Shown here piece by piece: positions 19,027 to 29,650 of a stretch of DNA of 64,000 nucleotides; position 1 is the first letter of the stretch, and each line of letters begins with the position of its first letter. The stretch is from an uncultured Gammaproteobacteria bacterium (GTDB taxonomy: Bacteria > Patescibacteriota > Microgenomatia > Daviesbacterales > UBA10151): positions 20,164 through 84,163 of the forward strand of contig CAYUPO010000004.1 of assembly GCA_964446685.1 (NCBI GenBank). The letters are read 5' to 3'. Under the pieces are notes generated by a model. It had not been told where the DNA came from. It did not search any database and saw only the letters and a list, made by a program, of their open reading frames with translations. Position numbers and translations under genes: made by a program.

Positions 19027-20139
19027 TTACTCTCTCCTCCCGACACCCATCGGAGGGACAGTTAAAATAGTTGGTATTTCAACAGTAAATTCCCGATCTT
19101 TGTTGGTAATTCTTTCCTGCATAATAGTTCTGACGTCCTGTGTTCCCCAATAATTTGGTCCAAATATATAATGTCCACCGCAGCCATTGCCGATAAATGA
19201 GATCACACTAAACAGACTATTCTGGGAAAAATGGACCTGACTATCACAGGCAATTTCAATAATTGAGTTGCCGGAAAATCTGTTTAAAGTCACATCCCCG
19301 CCTTTTTCCTCAAGTCCGGTTAGCAAAACTAATGCTTCTCTGGAAGGCATTTCAAAAATATTATTTACAATTGAAGGAGCTCCCAACCTTTTTGGATCTA
19401 TCACAATTCCTTTACCGTTTAAATTGAGAAACTTATTGTCTGCAATCCGGGGACTTCCTCCATCAATCCAGATTGATTCCCGTAAAGCCTGTTCAAAAAC
19501 ATTATTAATAATAGCCGCCTTACCTCTTTTTATGCAAACTGAGCATTCACCCACTTCACGCAGCAGACTATCCCGGATACTAAAATTATTACCGATCTCC
19601 AGTCGCCTATAATGAGCCATCACAGCCGATGCGATCACACCATGTTTAGCTGAGATCACATTTATGTCATATGGTGAAGGAAACTGGGCATTCGAATCAA
19701 AAGTAATTGGCTGCTCTTTGGTACCAATTGCATAGAGTGTGGAAAAATGAACCTGAATCTTTTCCTTTTCATCCCAAAAGGGTTCACCTGGTCTGACATC
19801 ATGATATTCCTCTCCGATATTAATTCCGCTTTTTAAATGCCAGGGTAAAAAATCAAAATTGAACCTATCTCCTTTGGCATCAATTTTGATAACTGTTCCC
19901 GGCATTACAGTCACCACAGTACCAGGCGTTGTCCAGACATCTCCGGTGATTCTGATCTCACCAGACCAAATCTGCTTTCTGACCAAAATACCTGAAACCA
20001 TCCCATTGCTGACTTTTTTTTCCGGCAGCACCATCGCCAGACCATAAGCTAAAAGTAAATATAACCAGGTTAAAAAAATAACCACAATCAGAAAATAAAA
20101 AAACCAGTGCAATCTTGGTAAATGAAATTTTTTAATCAT
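19027..20139 (-). CDS. membrane-anchored protein with parallel beta-helix-like repeats
   Basis: N-terminal transmembrane helix; repeated NN.F/GN.I periodicity (IINNVF, IADNKF, IVNNIF, FSGNSI) reminiscent of right-handed beta-helix repeats. Confidence 0.35.
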   Translation of the reverse strand: MIKKFHLPRLHWFFYFLIVVIFLTWLYLLLAYGLAMVLPEKKVSNGMVSGILVRKQIWSGEIRITGDVWTTPGTVVTVMPGTVIKIDAKGDRFNFDFLPWHLKSGINIGEEYHDVRPGEPFWDEKEKIQVHFSTLYAIGTKEQPITFDSNAQFPSPYDINVISAKHGVIASAVMAHYRRLEIGNNFSIRDSLLREVGECSVCIKRGKAAIINNVFEQALRESIWIDGGSPRIADNKFLNLNGKGIVIDPKRLGAPSIVNNIFEMPSREALVLLTGLEEKGGDVTLNRFSGNSIIEIACDSQVHFSQNSLFSVISFIGNGCGGHYIFGPNYWGTQDVRTIMQERITNKDREFTVEIPTILTVPPMGVGRRE

Positions 20140-20310
20140 AAAACAGGCAAATTTCCAATTTTCAAACCATAATTTTCAATCAATGCTCAATGGAAAAATG
20201 TTCAATGATCATTATTTTTAATTGTAAATTCATTGGAAATTGAAAACTGCTAATTGAAAATTTAAATAAGACTTATTGACAATGATACCAAATAAACTGA
20301 TCATTAATAT

Positions 20311-21039
20311 ATGTTCAAAGTCCTGCCCCTTTTAGTTGTTTTGTCGCTCGTTTTTGCTGCGTCTCAATTTATGCCGATTAAAAGATACGTTGCTTATTCA
20401 CTGGGAATTTCCGGTGATCCAACTTCTTCCTGCTGCGGAGATCCTGAAGTAATTGAAAAATCCAAAGGAACTTTTGATGAAGATGCCAATACAGCTATTT
20501 TTGAAGATGAAATAGTAGATTATCCTAAAACAGCTTTAGCACAGGGACAAATTGATAATGATCTGGCATTAAATAATGATCCACTTTCCACAACCACAGT
20601 TCTGGGAACAACAACAGCCTCCGGAGAAGAAAAATGGATTGAAGTATCCCTTGATCATCAAATGTTACGCGCCTGGGAAGGAAACAATATTGTCATGGAA
20701 TTTCCAATCTCTTCCGGCAGATGGTTTCCTACACCAAAAGGAACATTTAATATCTGGTACAAAACCAGAAACCAGCGGATGGAAGGCGGAAAAAAAGAGT
20801 TAGGCACTTACTACAATCTGCCAAATGTTCCGCATAATATGTTCTTTTACAAAGGCTTTGCAGTCCATGGCGCCTATTGGCATAACAACTTTGGTCATCC
20901 AATGAGTCACGGCTGTGTCAACGCTCCTTTAGATAAAGTAGCCACACTTTTTGACTGGACAGGCCCCGTCCTCCCTCCAAAAACCGGCGCAGTCAAAGCA
21001 TCTTTAACCAATCCAGGAACCAAAGTGTTTGTTCACTAA
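20311..21039 (+). CDS. L,D-transpeptidase (YkuD domain) with signal peptide
   Basis: Catalytic HG...SHGCV motif (FAVHGAYWHNNFGHPMSHGCVNAP). Confidence 0.8.
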   Translation: MFKVLPLLVVLSLVFAASQFMPIKRYVAYSLGISGDPTSSCCGDPEVIEKSKGTFDEDANTAIFEDEIVDYPKTALAQGQIDNDLALNNDPLSTTTVLGTTTASGEEKWIEVSLDHQMLRAWEGNNIVMEFPISSGRWFPTPKGTFNIWYKTRNQRMEGGKKELGTYYNLPNVPHNMFFYKGFAVHGAYWHNNFGHPMSHGCVNAPLDKVATLFDWTGPVLPPKTGAVKASLTNPGTKVFVH

Positions 21040-21043
21040 AAAG

Positions 21044-22234
21044 TTACACATCACTTAAAATTTCCACTAAAGCCGGTACAGATACCCGTGCAGATACAAT
21101 ACGATTGTCAGCTAATACACGTTGTGTTTTTGGCATATCCATTAGACTAGTTCGTAAGAAATCAATACTTTTAGGATCTACGGCTTGACTTCTAAAAAAA
21201 TCAAACATACTTTGCAGACCAGAACTGATAACAGTCCGCCTATATTCCGGATTTACCAAAAGTGAGGAGATTCGATTTTTTTTAGCTACCGCAAGATGGT
21301 CATATCCCCAAACTGTAGCAATATTTACAGTATCATCATTTAACGGTGAATGTTGTATCTGGCTGACCGGAACAGCATCAATTACTTCAGCTGCAATAGC
21401 ATTGCGAAGTGGGACACTTTCTCCGTACAATTCGTTCTTTCGCTGACGGTGTTCAAAGTAAGGAGAATTAAAATCTGTATCTTTCATCTCATGTGGAAAG
21501 TTAATTAAATTTTCTAACCACAAACGGGTATTATAAGAATTGACCGTCTCTGATTCATAAGTAGCCTTCTGAGAATCTACACTTCCCAAACCTTCTGTAT
21601 AAAGATATCCTCCAGATACAGCTCCTAACCCAGCTAAAATGAAATTTCTTCTGGATGTATTGATAGCCATCAGTGGGTCCTCAATAGTTTCAGATCGTTC
21701 AATAACTTTTTTGGCAGATAAAAATTGGGTTATACCCCACACCGCTAGTAATCCTACAATTCCCAACTTTCTTACTTCTATCTTAGCAATCTGCTGCTTT
21801 CGATCTAATTCACCTGAGGCTCCTATTAAAAATTTTTGATTGTTTGCATCAATATCTAACTGACTAGTACCCTTAATCCATTGTTTGAATGCAATATTCC
21901 ATGACAAGCTGTAACTAATAGGATCAGCAGAAACTAAGACAGTTTGATCATTTTTAGCTTTCCGCAAAGACCAATCAGCAAAATCATCCTTACTTGGCGG
22001 CTGTGACATAACAACATCAAGATCACTACGCAAAAGATTATATTGGCTATCCATAACCAAAGCATCCAAACGATCGCCAAAAACTTTTTTTATCTCTCTA
22101 TTGGTTACATCAGCCCCAGGGAAGGGTTCATTTTCTCCATGATCTGCATGGATAACCAAGACATTTTTTCCAGGAAGCTTAACCACTGGTTCATAAATAC
22201 GTGAAGTTGTCGCGTGCCTATCTATATCAAACAT
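21044..22234 (-). CDS. hypothetical protein
   Basis: 396-aa ORF with a central hydrophobic segment and no recognised motif. Confidence 0.4.
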   Translation of the reverse strand: MFDIDRHATTSRIYEPVVKLPGKNVLVIHADHGENEPFPGADVTNREIKKVFGDRLDALVMDSQYNLLRSDLDVVMSQPPSKDDFADWSLRKAKNDQTVLVSADPISYSLSWNIAFKQWIKGTSQLDIDANNQKFLIGASGELDRKQQIAKIEVRKLGIVGLLAVWGITQFLSAKKVIERSETIEDPLMAINTSRRNFILAGLGAVSGGYLYTEGLGSVDSQKATYESETVNSYNTRLWLENLINFPHEMKDTDFNSPYFEHRQRKNELYGESVPLRNAIAAEVIDAVPVSQIQHSPLNDDTVNIATVWGYDHLAVAKKNRISSLLVNPEYRRTVISSGLQSMFDFFRSQAVDPKSIDFLRTSLMDMPKTQRVLADNRIVSARVSVPALVEILSDV

Positions 22235-22250
22235 AATCTGATTATATCAT

Positions 22251-22907
22251 TTACTGTAAGACAGTTACTTTCAAATTATCGCCATCAAAGTTGAATTTAA
22301 AAGTTACTGCACTATCTTTACTGTTTAAAATATATAAATTTTGCTTAGAACTAACCCCTACTGACCCAGGATCAGCATAAATAGCTACTCCATGTTCTTT
22401 AGGAATTTCATTGATAGCAAAAAAATCATGGTTTGTAGGAGCTACTGGATTTAAATCAGCATCCTTAGCTGCCCAGTTGATGACAGAAGCTAAGTGACAA
22501 ACACCCATTCCATACAAGCGACCATCATATTTATAGCCTTCTTCACCACCAAAATGAGAATTAGATGTTAAAGCTACATTTGTATATTCTTTAGACACTA
22601 AATCATGAAAAGCAAATGTCTGCCCAGGCTGTAAAATAAATTCATATTCAAATGGAGCACGCACAGTATCCCAGTTCACAGTCGAACCTTTTGTAACTAC
22701 TCCACGCATATAGGCCATATTAAGCAATATGTTGTCTTTATAAATATCATTTAAAGGCTGATTTAATTGTCTGTGATCAAGTGAAATAGACCTTGTTCCC
22801 AGCACAACTGGTTCTACCTGCGAAGTAGCTACCGGTGCTATAACACCCACCTGTGACAAGGCTAACTGAGAAATAATAATTAATGATGAGATTGTGTTAG
22901 GTATCAT
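22251..22907 (-). CDS. secreted VanW-like domain protein
   Basis: Signal peptide; GMGVCHLASVINWAA resembles the VanW GGGVCQVSTTLYNA core. Confidence 0.45.
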   Translation of the reverse strand: MIPNTISSLIIISQLALSQVGVIAPVATSQVEPVVLGTRSISLDHRQLNQPLNDIYKDNILLNMAYMRGVVTKGSTVNWDTVRAPFEYEFILQPGQTFAFHDLVSKEYTNVALTSNSHFGGEEGYKYDGRLYGMGVCHLASVINWAAKDADLNPVAPTNHDFFAINEIPKEHGVAIYADPGSVGVSSKQNLYILNSKDSAVTFKFNFDGDNLKVTVLQ

Positions 22908-23156
22908 ATGTTTTATGCGAAGTCACAATTTTATTTATGACTCCACTCAAACACTATGAGACAAGAAGATTAACTTTACAGAGTATAATTATATCATACT
23001 ATAGGACTATAATCAAGTTAAAGAGAGTTAATTAGTAAACCAGTGAATTAGTTAATTAGACCAATTTGAGGCTAAATTTCCCTCTCCACCCCACCATAAC
23101 ATCCATCTACTATCTACCAACTACCATCTACTACCTAAATTTGCTACCTTTAATAG

Positions 23157-24878
23157 ATGCTGTCCGATTCACTTAAAAGTGTTGTAAAAGGCGATATTTT
23201 ATCTGATGAGGCATCACTAACTGCTTTTTCCAAAGATGCCTCAATCTTTGCCATCAAACCTCAGGTAGTAATTGCTCCCAAAGACACTGAAGATCTTAAG
23301 TCATTGGTTAAATTCATCAATCAGGACCTCTCACAACACCTTTCCTTAACTCCCCGCGCCGCAGGTACTTGTATGTCTGGTGGAGCTATTAATGATTCAA
23401 TTACCCTGGATATGCTTAAATACTTCAATCAGGTTTTATATGTCGGAGATGATTACGCTATAACCCAACCAGGTGTTTTTTACCGTGATTTTGAGAAAAA
23501 AACCCTTGAAAAAGACTTACTTTTACCCTGTTACACCTCATCCAGGGAATTAAACACTGTTGGTGGGATGGTCGGAAACAATTCAGCCGGAGAAAAATCT
23601 CTCAATTACGGCCAGACTGAAAGATACACTAAGCGTCTCAAAATGGTTTGTTCAGATGGCAATGAATACGAGTTTAAGCCACTAACCAAAGAACAATTTA
23701 TGGCCAAAGCCATACAGGACAACTTCGAAGGCGACCTTTACCGGAAAATCGGTAATATCATCAATGAAAATTATGATCTGATCCAGTCTCACAAACCTAT
23801 CACCAGTAAAAATTCTACCGGATATGGCCTCTGGAATGTACTCCAAAACGACCGCTTTGATCTGACCAAAGTAATTGTCGGCTCTCAGGGAACTTTGGGT
23901 ATCGTTACAGAAATTGAGTTTCAGCTGGTCAAACCCAAAACTCATACCGCTATGCTGGAAATAGAACTTGAAAATCTGGACAATCTCGACCAGATAGTCC
24001 TTGAAATACTCAAATTTGCACCTGAAAGCTTTGAATGTTTTGATGACCAGACTTTGATGTATGCCACCAAATTCATCGGCGATATCCTAAAAGACTTTAA
24101 AAAAACTCCCAAATGGCTGGCTCCTTTTAAATTAATCCCTGAAATGATTGCCTCATGGACTAAAAAATTCCCTAAACTGGTTTTGATCGCCGAATTTACC
24201 GCCGAAGAAGATTCTTCTCCAATGGAACAGGTTCATCTCTGCCAAAGTGCCTTAGCTCACTTTAATATTAAAACCCGAGCAGTCAAATCAAATGACGAAG
24301 AAAAATACTGGATTATCAGACGAGACAGCTTCAATATCTTAAGACACCATTCTGGCGGAACACTCCGAACTGCCCCATTTATTGATGACATCTGTGTCCC
24401 TCCTACCGAACTTCCAAACTTTTTGCCTAAACTGACCCAGACACTAGAGCCATACAAAGACCGGATTACCTATACCATCGCCGGGCATATTGGCAACGGC
24501 AATTTTCATATTATCCCCTTGATGGATCTGACTAAAGAAGAAGTTAGACAGGTTATTCCGGAACTTTCTCAAAAAGTTTTCCAACTGGTTAAAGAAGCCA
24601 AAGGAACAATGGCCGCAGAGCACAATGATGGACTGGTCAGAGGTTCTTATTTACCTCAAATGTATGGTGAAGATATGTTTCAACTGTTTAAAGATGTCAA
24701 AGAAGCCTTTGATCCAAATAACATCTTCAACCCACACAAAAAGACCGACGCCACCATCGAATATGCAGCAGAACACATTGATAAAACCTATGCAGTAAAA
24801 GCGATCGAAGATTATGGAAACAAAGTAACTACACCAATAGAGACCTCTCAACCAATCGCTACTGTCTACAAAAGCTAG
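23157..24878 (+). CDS. FAD-linked oxidase (FAD_binding_4 + C-terminal domain; GlcD/D-lactate dehydrogenase-like)
   Basis: TPRAAGTCMSGGA FAD-binding motif; 573 aa. Confidence 0.7.
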   Translation: MLSDSLKSVVKGDILSDEASLTAFSKDASIFAIKPQVVIAPKDTEDLKSLVKFINQDLSQHLSLTPRAAGTCMSGGAINDSITLDMLKYFNQVLYVGDDYAITQPGVFYRDFEKKTLEKDLLLPCYTSSRELNTVGGMVGNNSAGEKSLNYGQTERYTKRLKMVCSDGNEYEFKPLTKEQFMAKAIQDNFEGDLYRKIGNIINENYDLIQSHKPITSKNSTGYGLWNVLQNDRFDLTKVIVGSQGTLGIVTEIEFQLVKPKTHTAMLEIELENLDNLDQIVLEILKFAPESFECFDDQTLMYATKFIGDILKDFKKTPKWLAPFKLIPEMIASWTKKFPKLVLIAEFTAEEDSSPMEQVHLCQSALAHFNIKTRAVKSNDEEKYWIIRRDSFNILRHHSGGTLRTAPFIDDICVPPTELPNFLPKLTQTLEPYKDRITYTIAGHIGNGNFHIIPLMDLTKEEVRQVIPELSQKVFQLVKEAKGTMAAEHNDGLVRGSYLPQMYGEDMFQLFKDVKEAFDPNNIFNPHKKTDATIEYAAEHIDKTYAVKAIEDYGNKVTTPIETSQPIATVYKS

Positions 24879-25231
24879 ATGTGGATTGAAACAGGTTTAT
24901 CTCCATATTTATTCTTTTTTGAATCACCTGGTTTAAAACATAAATAAATAAAAACAAATAAATTAACTATTGGGATAACTGCTAAAAGGGTAAGCCAGGC
25001 AGATTTTCCTAAATCATGCCATCTTTTTGAATATATTGTTATATAGAAAACAATTATTAATAACCCAAAAAAGTATCTACTAAATTGAAAAAAAAGATCG
25101 GTAAAATCAGAGTTAGGATATTGAGTATAAAAATTCTTTAAGAACTTTGCAACCGAATATAAAAAAATAGTACTTATAATCCAACTAAGAGCAAAACTGC
25201 TTCTATTTATTCTTCCGGAAAAAAGTTTCAT
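24875..25231 (-). CDS. DUF805 family inner-membrane protein
   Basis: GRINRSSF ... KRWHDLGKSAW signature and two transmembrane helices. Confidence 0.7.
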   Translation of the reverse strand: MKLFSGRINRSSFALSWIISTIFLYSVAKFLKNFYTQYPNSDFTDLFFQFSRYFFGLLIIVFYITIYSKRWHDLGKSAWLTLLAVIPIVNLFVFIYLCFKPGDSKKNKYGDKPVSIHI

Positions 25232-26070
25232 TTATTACAACAAATATCAGAGATAACTTTAAATCTTTCAGGTAAAGTTTCTTTGAGGAATTTTTCTTTT
25301 TCTGCTCCCTGCATAGTGCAGACTTCCTGCCAAAGAGCTCGTCCGGCCAAAAATCCCACAGCTCCTCTGGAAACAGCTTCTTCCAGTTGCACTTTGAAGT
25401 GATCAAAACTATCTCCCCTGGTCAGTAAAATCCAGGGTATACCATCCTCCTGTAATACAGCACTGATGGTGCGGCAGGCGACAGCTGATCCGGGATATTC
25501 CATTTTATAAACATCAGGTTTGATCCCTCTTTTGATAAACATCTTTAGAGACTCAATCACAATTTTTTCTCTCTCTTCCAGTGTAATATCATGATCAGAC
25601 TCATACGTCACAATTTCTAAAAATAATGGATAATCTCTGGATTTACATTCTTCTACAACTGTTCTGGCTGTCTCCAATTGTTGTTCAGCAGTTTTAAGAA
25701 AAGGATTGAAAAAAAGTAATATTTTGGCTCCACCTGCTCCCCAATCCATCAACTTGGGCACTCCATATTCTAGTTTAGTCAGGCGTTCTCCGCCCTGATC
25801 TTCATAACCGGTTTTTTCAACTGGAAGCAAAAATGGTTTGGTTTTTTCAGTATAAGCCGGAAGTCCGTAATCAGGATCAATTAAAACACCACTCATTTGT
25901 GGTTTGACGGCATTGATAATCTCTCTTTTCAGATCAATTGCCTGTTGGTCAGTCACCGCATCGCCATTTGATGGATTCATCAGCTTTTTAAAGCTACCAC
26001 GATGATCCAAAGCTAACATCAAAAACTTTCCGTCTTTTAGAAATGGCGCTAAATCAGGCATTAAAACCAT
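25228..26070 (-). CDS. class I aldolase of the LacD/tagatose-1,6-bisphosphate aldolase family
   Basis: MLALDHRGSF matches the LacD ALAFDQRG region. The ORF extends to 26136, but the start is probably the internal Met MVLMPDL. Confidence 0.5.
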   Translation of the reverse strand: MVLMPDLAPFLKDGKFLMLALDHRGSFKKLMNPSNGDAVTDQQAIDLKREIINAVKPQMSGVLIDPDYGLPAYTEKTKPFLLPVEKTGYEDQGGERLTKLEYGVPKLMDWGAGGAKILLFFNPFLKTAEQQLETARTVVEECKSRDYPLFLEIVTYESDHDITLEEREKIVIESLKMFIKRGIKPDVYKMEYPGSAVACRTISAVLQEDGIPWILLTRGDSFDHFKVQLEEAVSRGAVGFLAGRALWQEVCTMQGAEKEKFLKETLPERFKVISDICCNK

Positions 26071-26356
26071 TGTTGCACAACTCAATTCCAGCTGTCCAGT
26101 AGAAATCCTGCATAGCCTAAATCTATAAATTATCATTTAGTTTCATTTTGCATTGAAACGAAGGGCGTTAAGAAAAAATTACGGAGAGCAAGAGGGGGAC
26201 GTCCGCATACTTGCGGAGGGGGCAGACTTTCCCCCCTTAAACGGAGTAATTTTTTTAGCCCGACTTTCCTGCAAAATTGTTTTTGGTACTTTTCCAAAAA
26301 AGTACAAGAAAAAAATAAAGTGACAAGTTGATTGATCAAAGTTTATAATAGCCTCT

Positions 26357-26926
26357 ATGCAGAAAGATAAACCAACTAAATTCCCCCCAACCGCCAAAAA
26401 AGTATTTGATGGCATCCTTTATGACGTCTATCAATGGCCCCAGGAACTTTACGATGGAACAACCTCAACCTATGAAAGAATCAACCGTCAGGACACAATC
26501 AGTGTTTTGGGAGTGACAGAAGACAATAAAATACTTCTGATTGAGGAAGAACAGCCTCACCGTCCTAAAAGTATCAGCCTGGTTGCCGGAAAAGTTGATC
26601 CAGGAGAAACCCCGGAACTAGCAGCTGAAAGAGAGCTACTGGAAGAAACAGGCTACAAAGCAGCAAGGATGGAAAAATGGTTTACTTATCATCCTGATTT
26701 AAATATCGACTGGACAGTTTTTGTATATCTGGCAAAAGGATTAAAGAAAATAGCAGATCAAAAATTAGAGGGCGGAGAAAAAATCACTCCAAAGCTGTAT
26801 ACCTTTGATGAATTCATCGAATTTGCTTCATCAGATCAATTTAATGCGCTGCAAATCAAAGTCAGGGTACTGGAAGCAAAACTTGATCCGAAAAAAATGA
26901 CAGAGCTAAAGGAGTTATTAACTTAA
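26357..26926 (+). CDS. NUDIX hydrolase
   Basis: Nudix box GKVDPGETPELAAERELLEETG. Confidence 0.8.
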   Translation: MQKDKPTKFPPTAKKVFDGILYDVYQWPQELYDGTTSTYERINRQDTISVLGVTEDNKILLIEEEQPHRPKSISLVAGKVDPGETPELAAERELLEETGYKAARMEKWFTYHPDLNIDWTVFVYLAKGLKKIADQKLEGGEKITPKLYTFDEFIEFASSDQFNALQIKVRVLEAKLDPKKMTELKELLT

Positions 26927-27915
26927 AACTCTACTGCAGAAATCTTCTTATTTTCATTTAGTCTTTCCTGTAGTTTATTTTTGCTTAACAATCCTTTTTG
27001 CGGACCTACCTGTTCCACAACTGATGCACTATTAGCAGCTCCCCAACGCATAGCATCAGGTAAAGCTTCACCATTTAATAATCCGGCAACTGTCGCTGTT
27101 GCAAAAGCATCCCCAGCTCCTGTCATCTCAACCAGCTTAGCTGGAAAAATATCCAGTTTCCAGTAAGTCTCACCGTCATAACCATAAGATCCTTGTTTAC
27201 CATCTGTTATCACTACTTTTTTAGCTCCCAGATTGAGTAACCCAGTCAGCAATTTTTTTACAGACAACTTTTCGCTTTTTTCATGTCCCAGAAAATGTCT
27301 GGCTTCCTGAACATTCATAATCAAAAATTCACACAGAGACAACAATCGGCTTTGTTTCTTAGCTCCCTGTTTGATCTGAAAAGTACCAGGTTGATAAGCC
27401 AGTTTGGCTCCTGAGCGCTCCAGATAATTTATCAGCTGCTCTATCACATTTGATTCCACATAAGATGATGACATTGATGTCAGGTAAACCCATTTAGCTT
27501 TTTCCAGATCCGGCAAATGAAATTTCCAAGGCTGATGATGAACCAATATAGTTCGCTCTCCTTTAAAACTGAGAATTATATTGTGATTTGAAGGCAGATT
27601 GGATACTTCTATCACATATCTGGTATCAACCCCCTCTTTCTTAAACTTCTGTCTGATCCGGAGATCATCTTCCTCATCATCTTTATTTCCTGAATGAGTA
27701 TAAATAGCAGTTTTTAATCCCAGCCTGGCACTTCCAACAGCATTATTGGCAGCATTTCCAGCAACCATCGATTCACCACTTTCTACCGGAACCTTAGCGC
27801 CAAAAGGCAATGCCAGTAAGATAGTATTCCCATTTTTACTGGAAAGTATCTCCGCTTCATTTAAGGGAATTACTGTATCAATTACTGTGTCGCCAATAGA
27901 GATTAAATCAAACAT
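26923..27915 (-). CDS. PfkB-family carbohydrate kinase
   Basis: C-terminal DTTGAGDAF signature and an N-terminal GG dipeptide region. Confidence 0.8.
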   Translation of the reverse strand: MFDLISIGDTVIDTVIPLNEAEILSSKNGNTILLALPFGAKVPVESGESMVAGNAANNAVGSARLGLKTAIYTHSGNKDDEEDDLRIRQKFKKEGVDTRYVIEVSNLPSNHNIILSFKGERTILVHHQPWKFHLPDLEKAKWVYLTSMSSSYVESNVIEQLINYLERSGAKLAYQPGTFQIKQGAKKQSRLLSLCEFLIMNVQEARHFLGHEKSEKLSVKKLLTGLLNLGAKKVVITDGKQGSYGYDGETYWKLDIFPAKLVEMTGAGDAFATATVAGLLNGEALPDAMRWGAANSASVVEQVGPQKGLLSKNKLQERLNENKKISAVEF

Positions 27916-27932
27916 AGATATTAAAACCGGAT

Positions 27933-28439
27933 TTATTTAGCAATTACACAGGCTGTCACACTTTGCTTTAACAATACGAAAAATGAAAACAGAAGCAGTC
28001 CAATAGCTAAAACAGAAACTTCAGCACCTTTAAATGGCAGATACCCCACACTACCCGACATACCTAAAAGGCCGAGTAACGGCAATCCACACGAAGCACA
28101 ACCACCACCAGCCGTACCAAACAAAGTCCCCAGGCCAAATGCCCAGTGACTGGATCTTTTAGCAAAACTATACCGGATTCTTTTATAAGACAACATTAGA
28201 TTGGCTCCTGTCAGAAGTCCGATGATAATCAAAATCAGCAAACTACTCAGACTCATGGCTGTAGTCAGTCCCTGAATCAGAGCTAAGCTTATTTCAAATT
28301 TATAACTAACAGGGAAATCACCAAAATAAGCCTGATTAATTAAAGAGTAGTTAGTAAAGTAAACGTTTAAAAGAATATAAAAAGCGGCAATTGCCACAGT
28401 TCCAATCAGAAATTTTCGGGTCAGGACAGATAAGAGCAT
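27933..28439 (-). CDS. polytopic membrane protein with CxxC motif (candidate DsbA redox partner)
   Basis: 168 aa with 4-5 transmembrane helices and GGGCASCGLP; lies immediately downstream of the DsbA-like gene. Confidence 0.4.
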   Translation of the reverse strand: MLLSVLTRKFLIGTVAIAAFYILLNVYFTNYSLINQAYFGDFPVSYKFEISLALIQGLTTAMSLSSLLILIIIGLLTGANLMLSYKRIRYSFAKRSSHWAFGLGTLFGTAGGGCASCGLPLLGLLGMSGSVGYLPFKGAEVSVLAIGLLLFSFFVLLKQSVTACVIAK

Positions 28440-28442
28440 AGT

Positions 28443-29270
28443 TTATTTCAACTGCTGGTCGATTACTGCCTGAAAAGCGCTATATGGTTGTGCACCAACC
28501 AGCCGTGTACCTTCTATTGTACCAGATGCATCAGACTTTCCGATAAAGAATGTTGGAGTTCCATCTGCTCCGGCAGTTCCAGCATCAGCCAGATCTTTTG
28601 CTACCTCTGCTTTGGATTTATCACTATCAAGACAGGTCTTAAAATTTGCAGAGTTCAGACCCAGTGTTCCTGCCATAGTGTAAAGTTTCTCAACTGACAA
28701 ACCTGTTCCATTTGAAGTAGTCTGTTTAAACATTTCATCATGCATTTTGTAATAAGCTTCGTCTCCGCCCTGTTCTCTGGCACAATTGGCAGCAATCGCT
28801 TCTTTTGTCGCCATTGGATCATGGAAAGAAAGAGGCAGATCCCGGAAAACTACTTTTAACTTTCCGGTATCAATATAATTAGTTTTTAACTGAGGATAAG
28901 TCTGATCGAAATATCTTTTACAAAAAGGACATTCATAATCTGAAAATTCGACCATTGTAATAGGAGCATTTTTATCACCTAATACAGCATCATCATCAAT
29001 TGAAACTTTTACCGGACCAGTTTGTTCAGGAGCTGCCGGTGCAGCGGGCGCTGAAGATGGAGTTACAGCCGCTGGTGCATCTGCTACCTTCTTTGCTGTT
29101 AATCCTTTTACTTCCAAAACTCCGCCTGACAGTAATATTGAAAGCGCAATAATACAGCTACCAATAATTATTGAAGCAGGTACTGAAATAATTGAGTGAG
29201 GATGTGGCGGTGGTGGAGGGGGAGCCATTCTTTTTTCTGTTACTACTTCTTTTTCTTCTCTTCGATTCAT
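28443..29270 (-). CDS. DsbA-family thiol:disulfide oxidoreductase, membrane-anchored
   Basis: N-terminal transmembrane helix, Pro-rich linker, CPFC active site in a thioredoxin fold. Confidence 0.8.
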   Translation of the reverse strand: MNRREEKEVVTEKRMAPPPPPPHPHSIISVPASIIIGSCIIALSILLSGGVLEVKGLTAKKVADAPAAVTPSSAPAAPAAPEQTGPVKVSIDDDAVLGDKNAPITMVEFSDYECPFCKRYFDQTYPQLKTNYIDTGKLKVVFRDLPLSFHDPMATKEAIAANCAREQGGDEAYYKMHDEMFKQTTSNGTGLSVEKLYTMAGTLGLNSANFKTCLDSDKSKAEVAKDLADAGTAGADGTPTFFIGKSDASGTIEGTRLVGAQPYSAFQAVIDQQLK

Positions 29271-29535
29271 GAGTGGAGATAGTGTACAAGATGAAAACTA
29301 ATCTGTAAAGTCGTGAAAAGGATTCATTATCATATAAAATATTCTGTAGCTAGCTACAGAATTACCCTGTTTATGATAAGAAAAAATTCTGATTTTTTCA
29401 TTTCCCGCGTGTAGTAAATAAAATTAACCGCAAAGCGTTCACAAAAAGAGCCACCACATAAGATCCGGCCTGAACAAAAAACAGAAATACCCCATTTAAA
29501 ATAGTATCAAAGACGCATCCGCACATACAAAAAAT

Positions 29536-29650
29536 TTCTAAGTACTAATTTCTAATGTCTAAACAATGTCCAAAACTAAATGTCTAACTGTTTAGTCATT
29601 GGGATTTGTTTAGAGTACTTAGAAATTAGATTAATTAGAAATTTCCCCTT
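29536..29650. repeat. palindromic intergenic repeat of the TTAGAAATTAG family
   Basis: aatttctaagtactaatttctaa ... ttagagtacttagaaattag, with a nested ctaaacaatg/cattg..ttgtttag palindrome. Confidence 0.5.
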
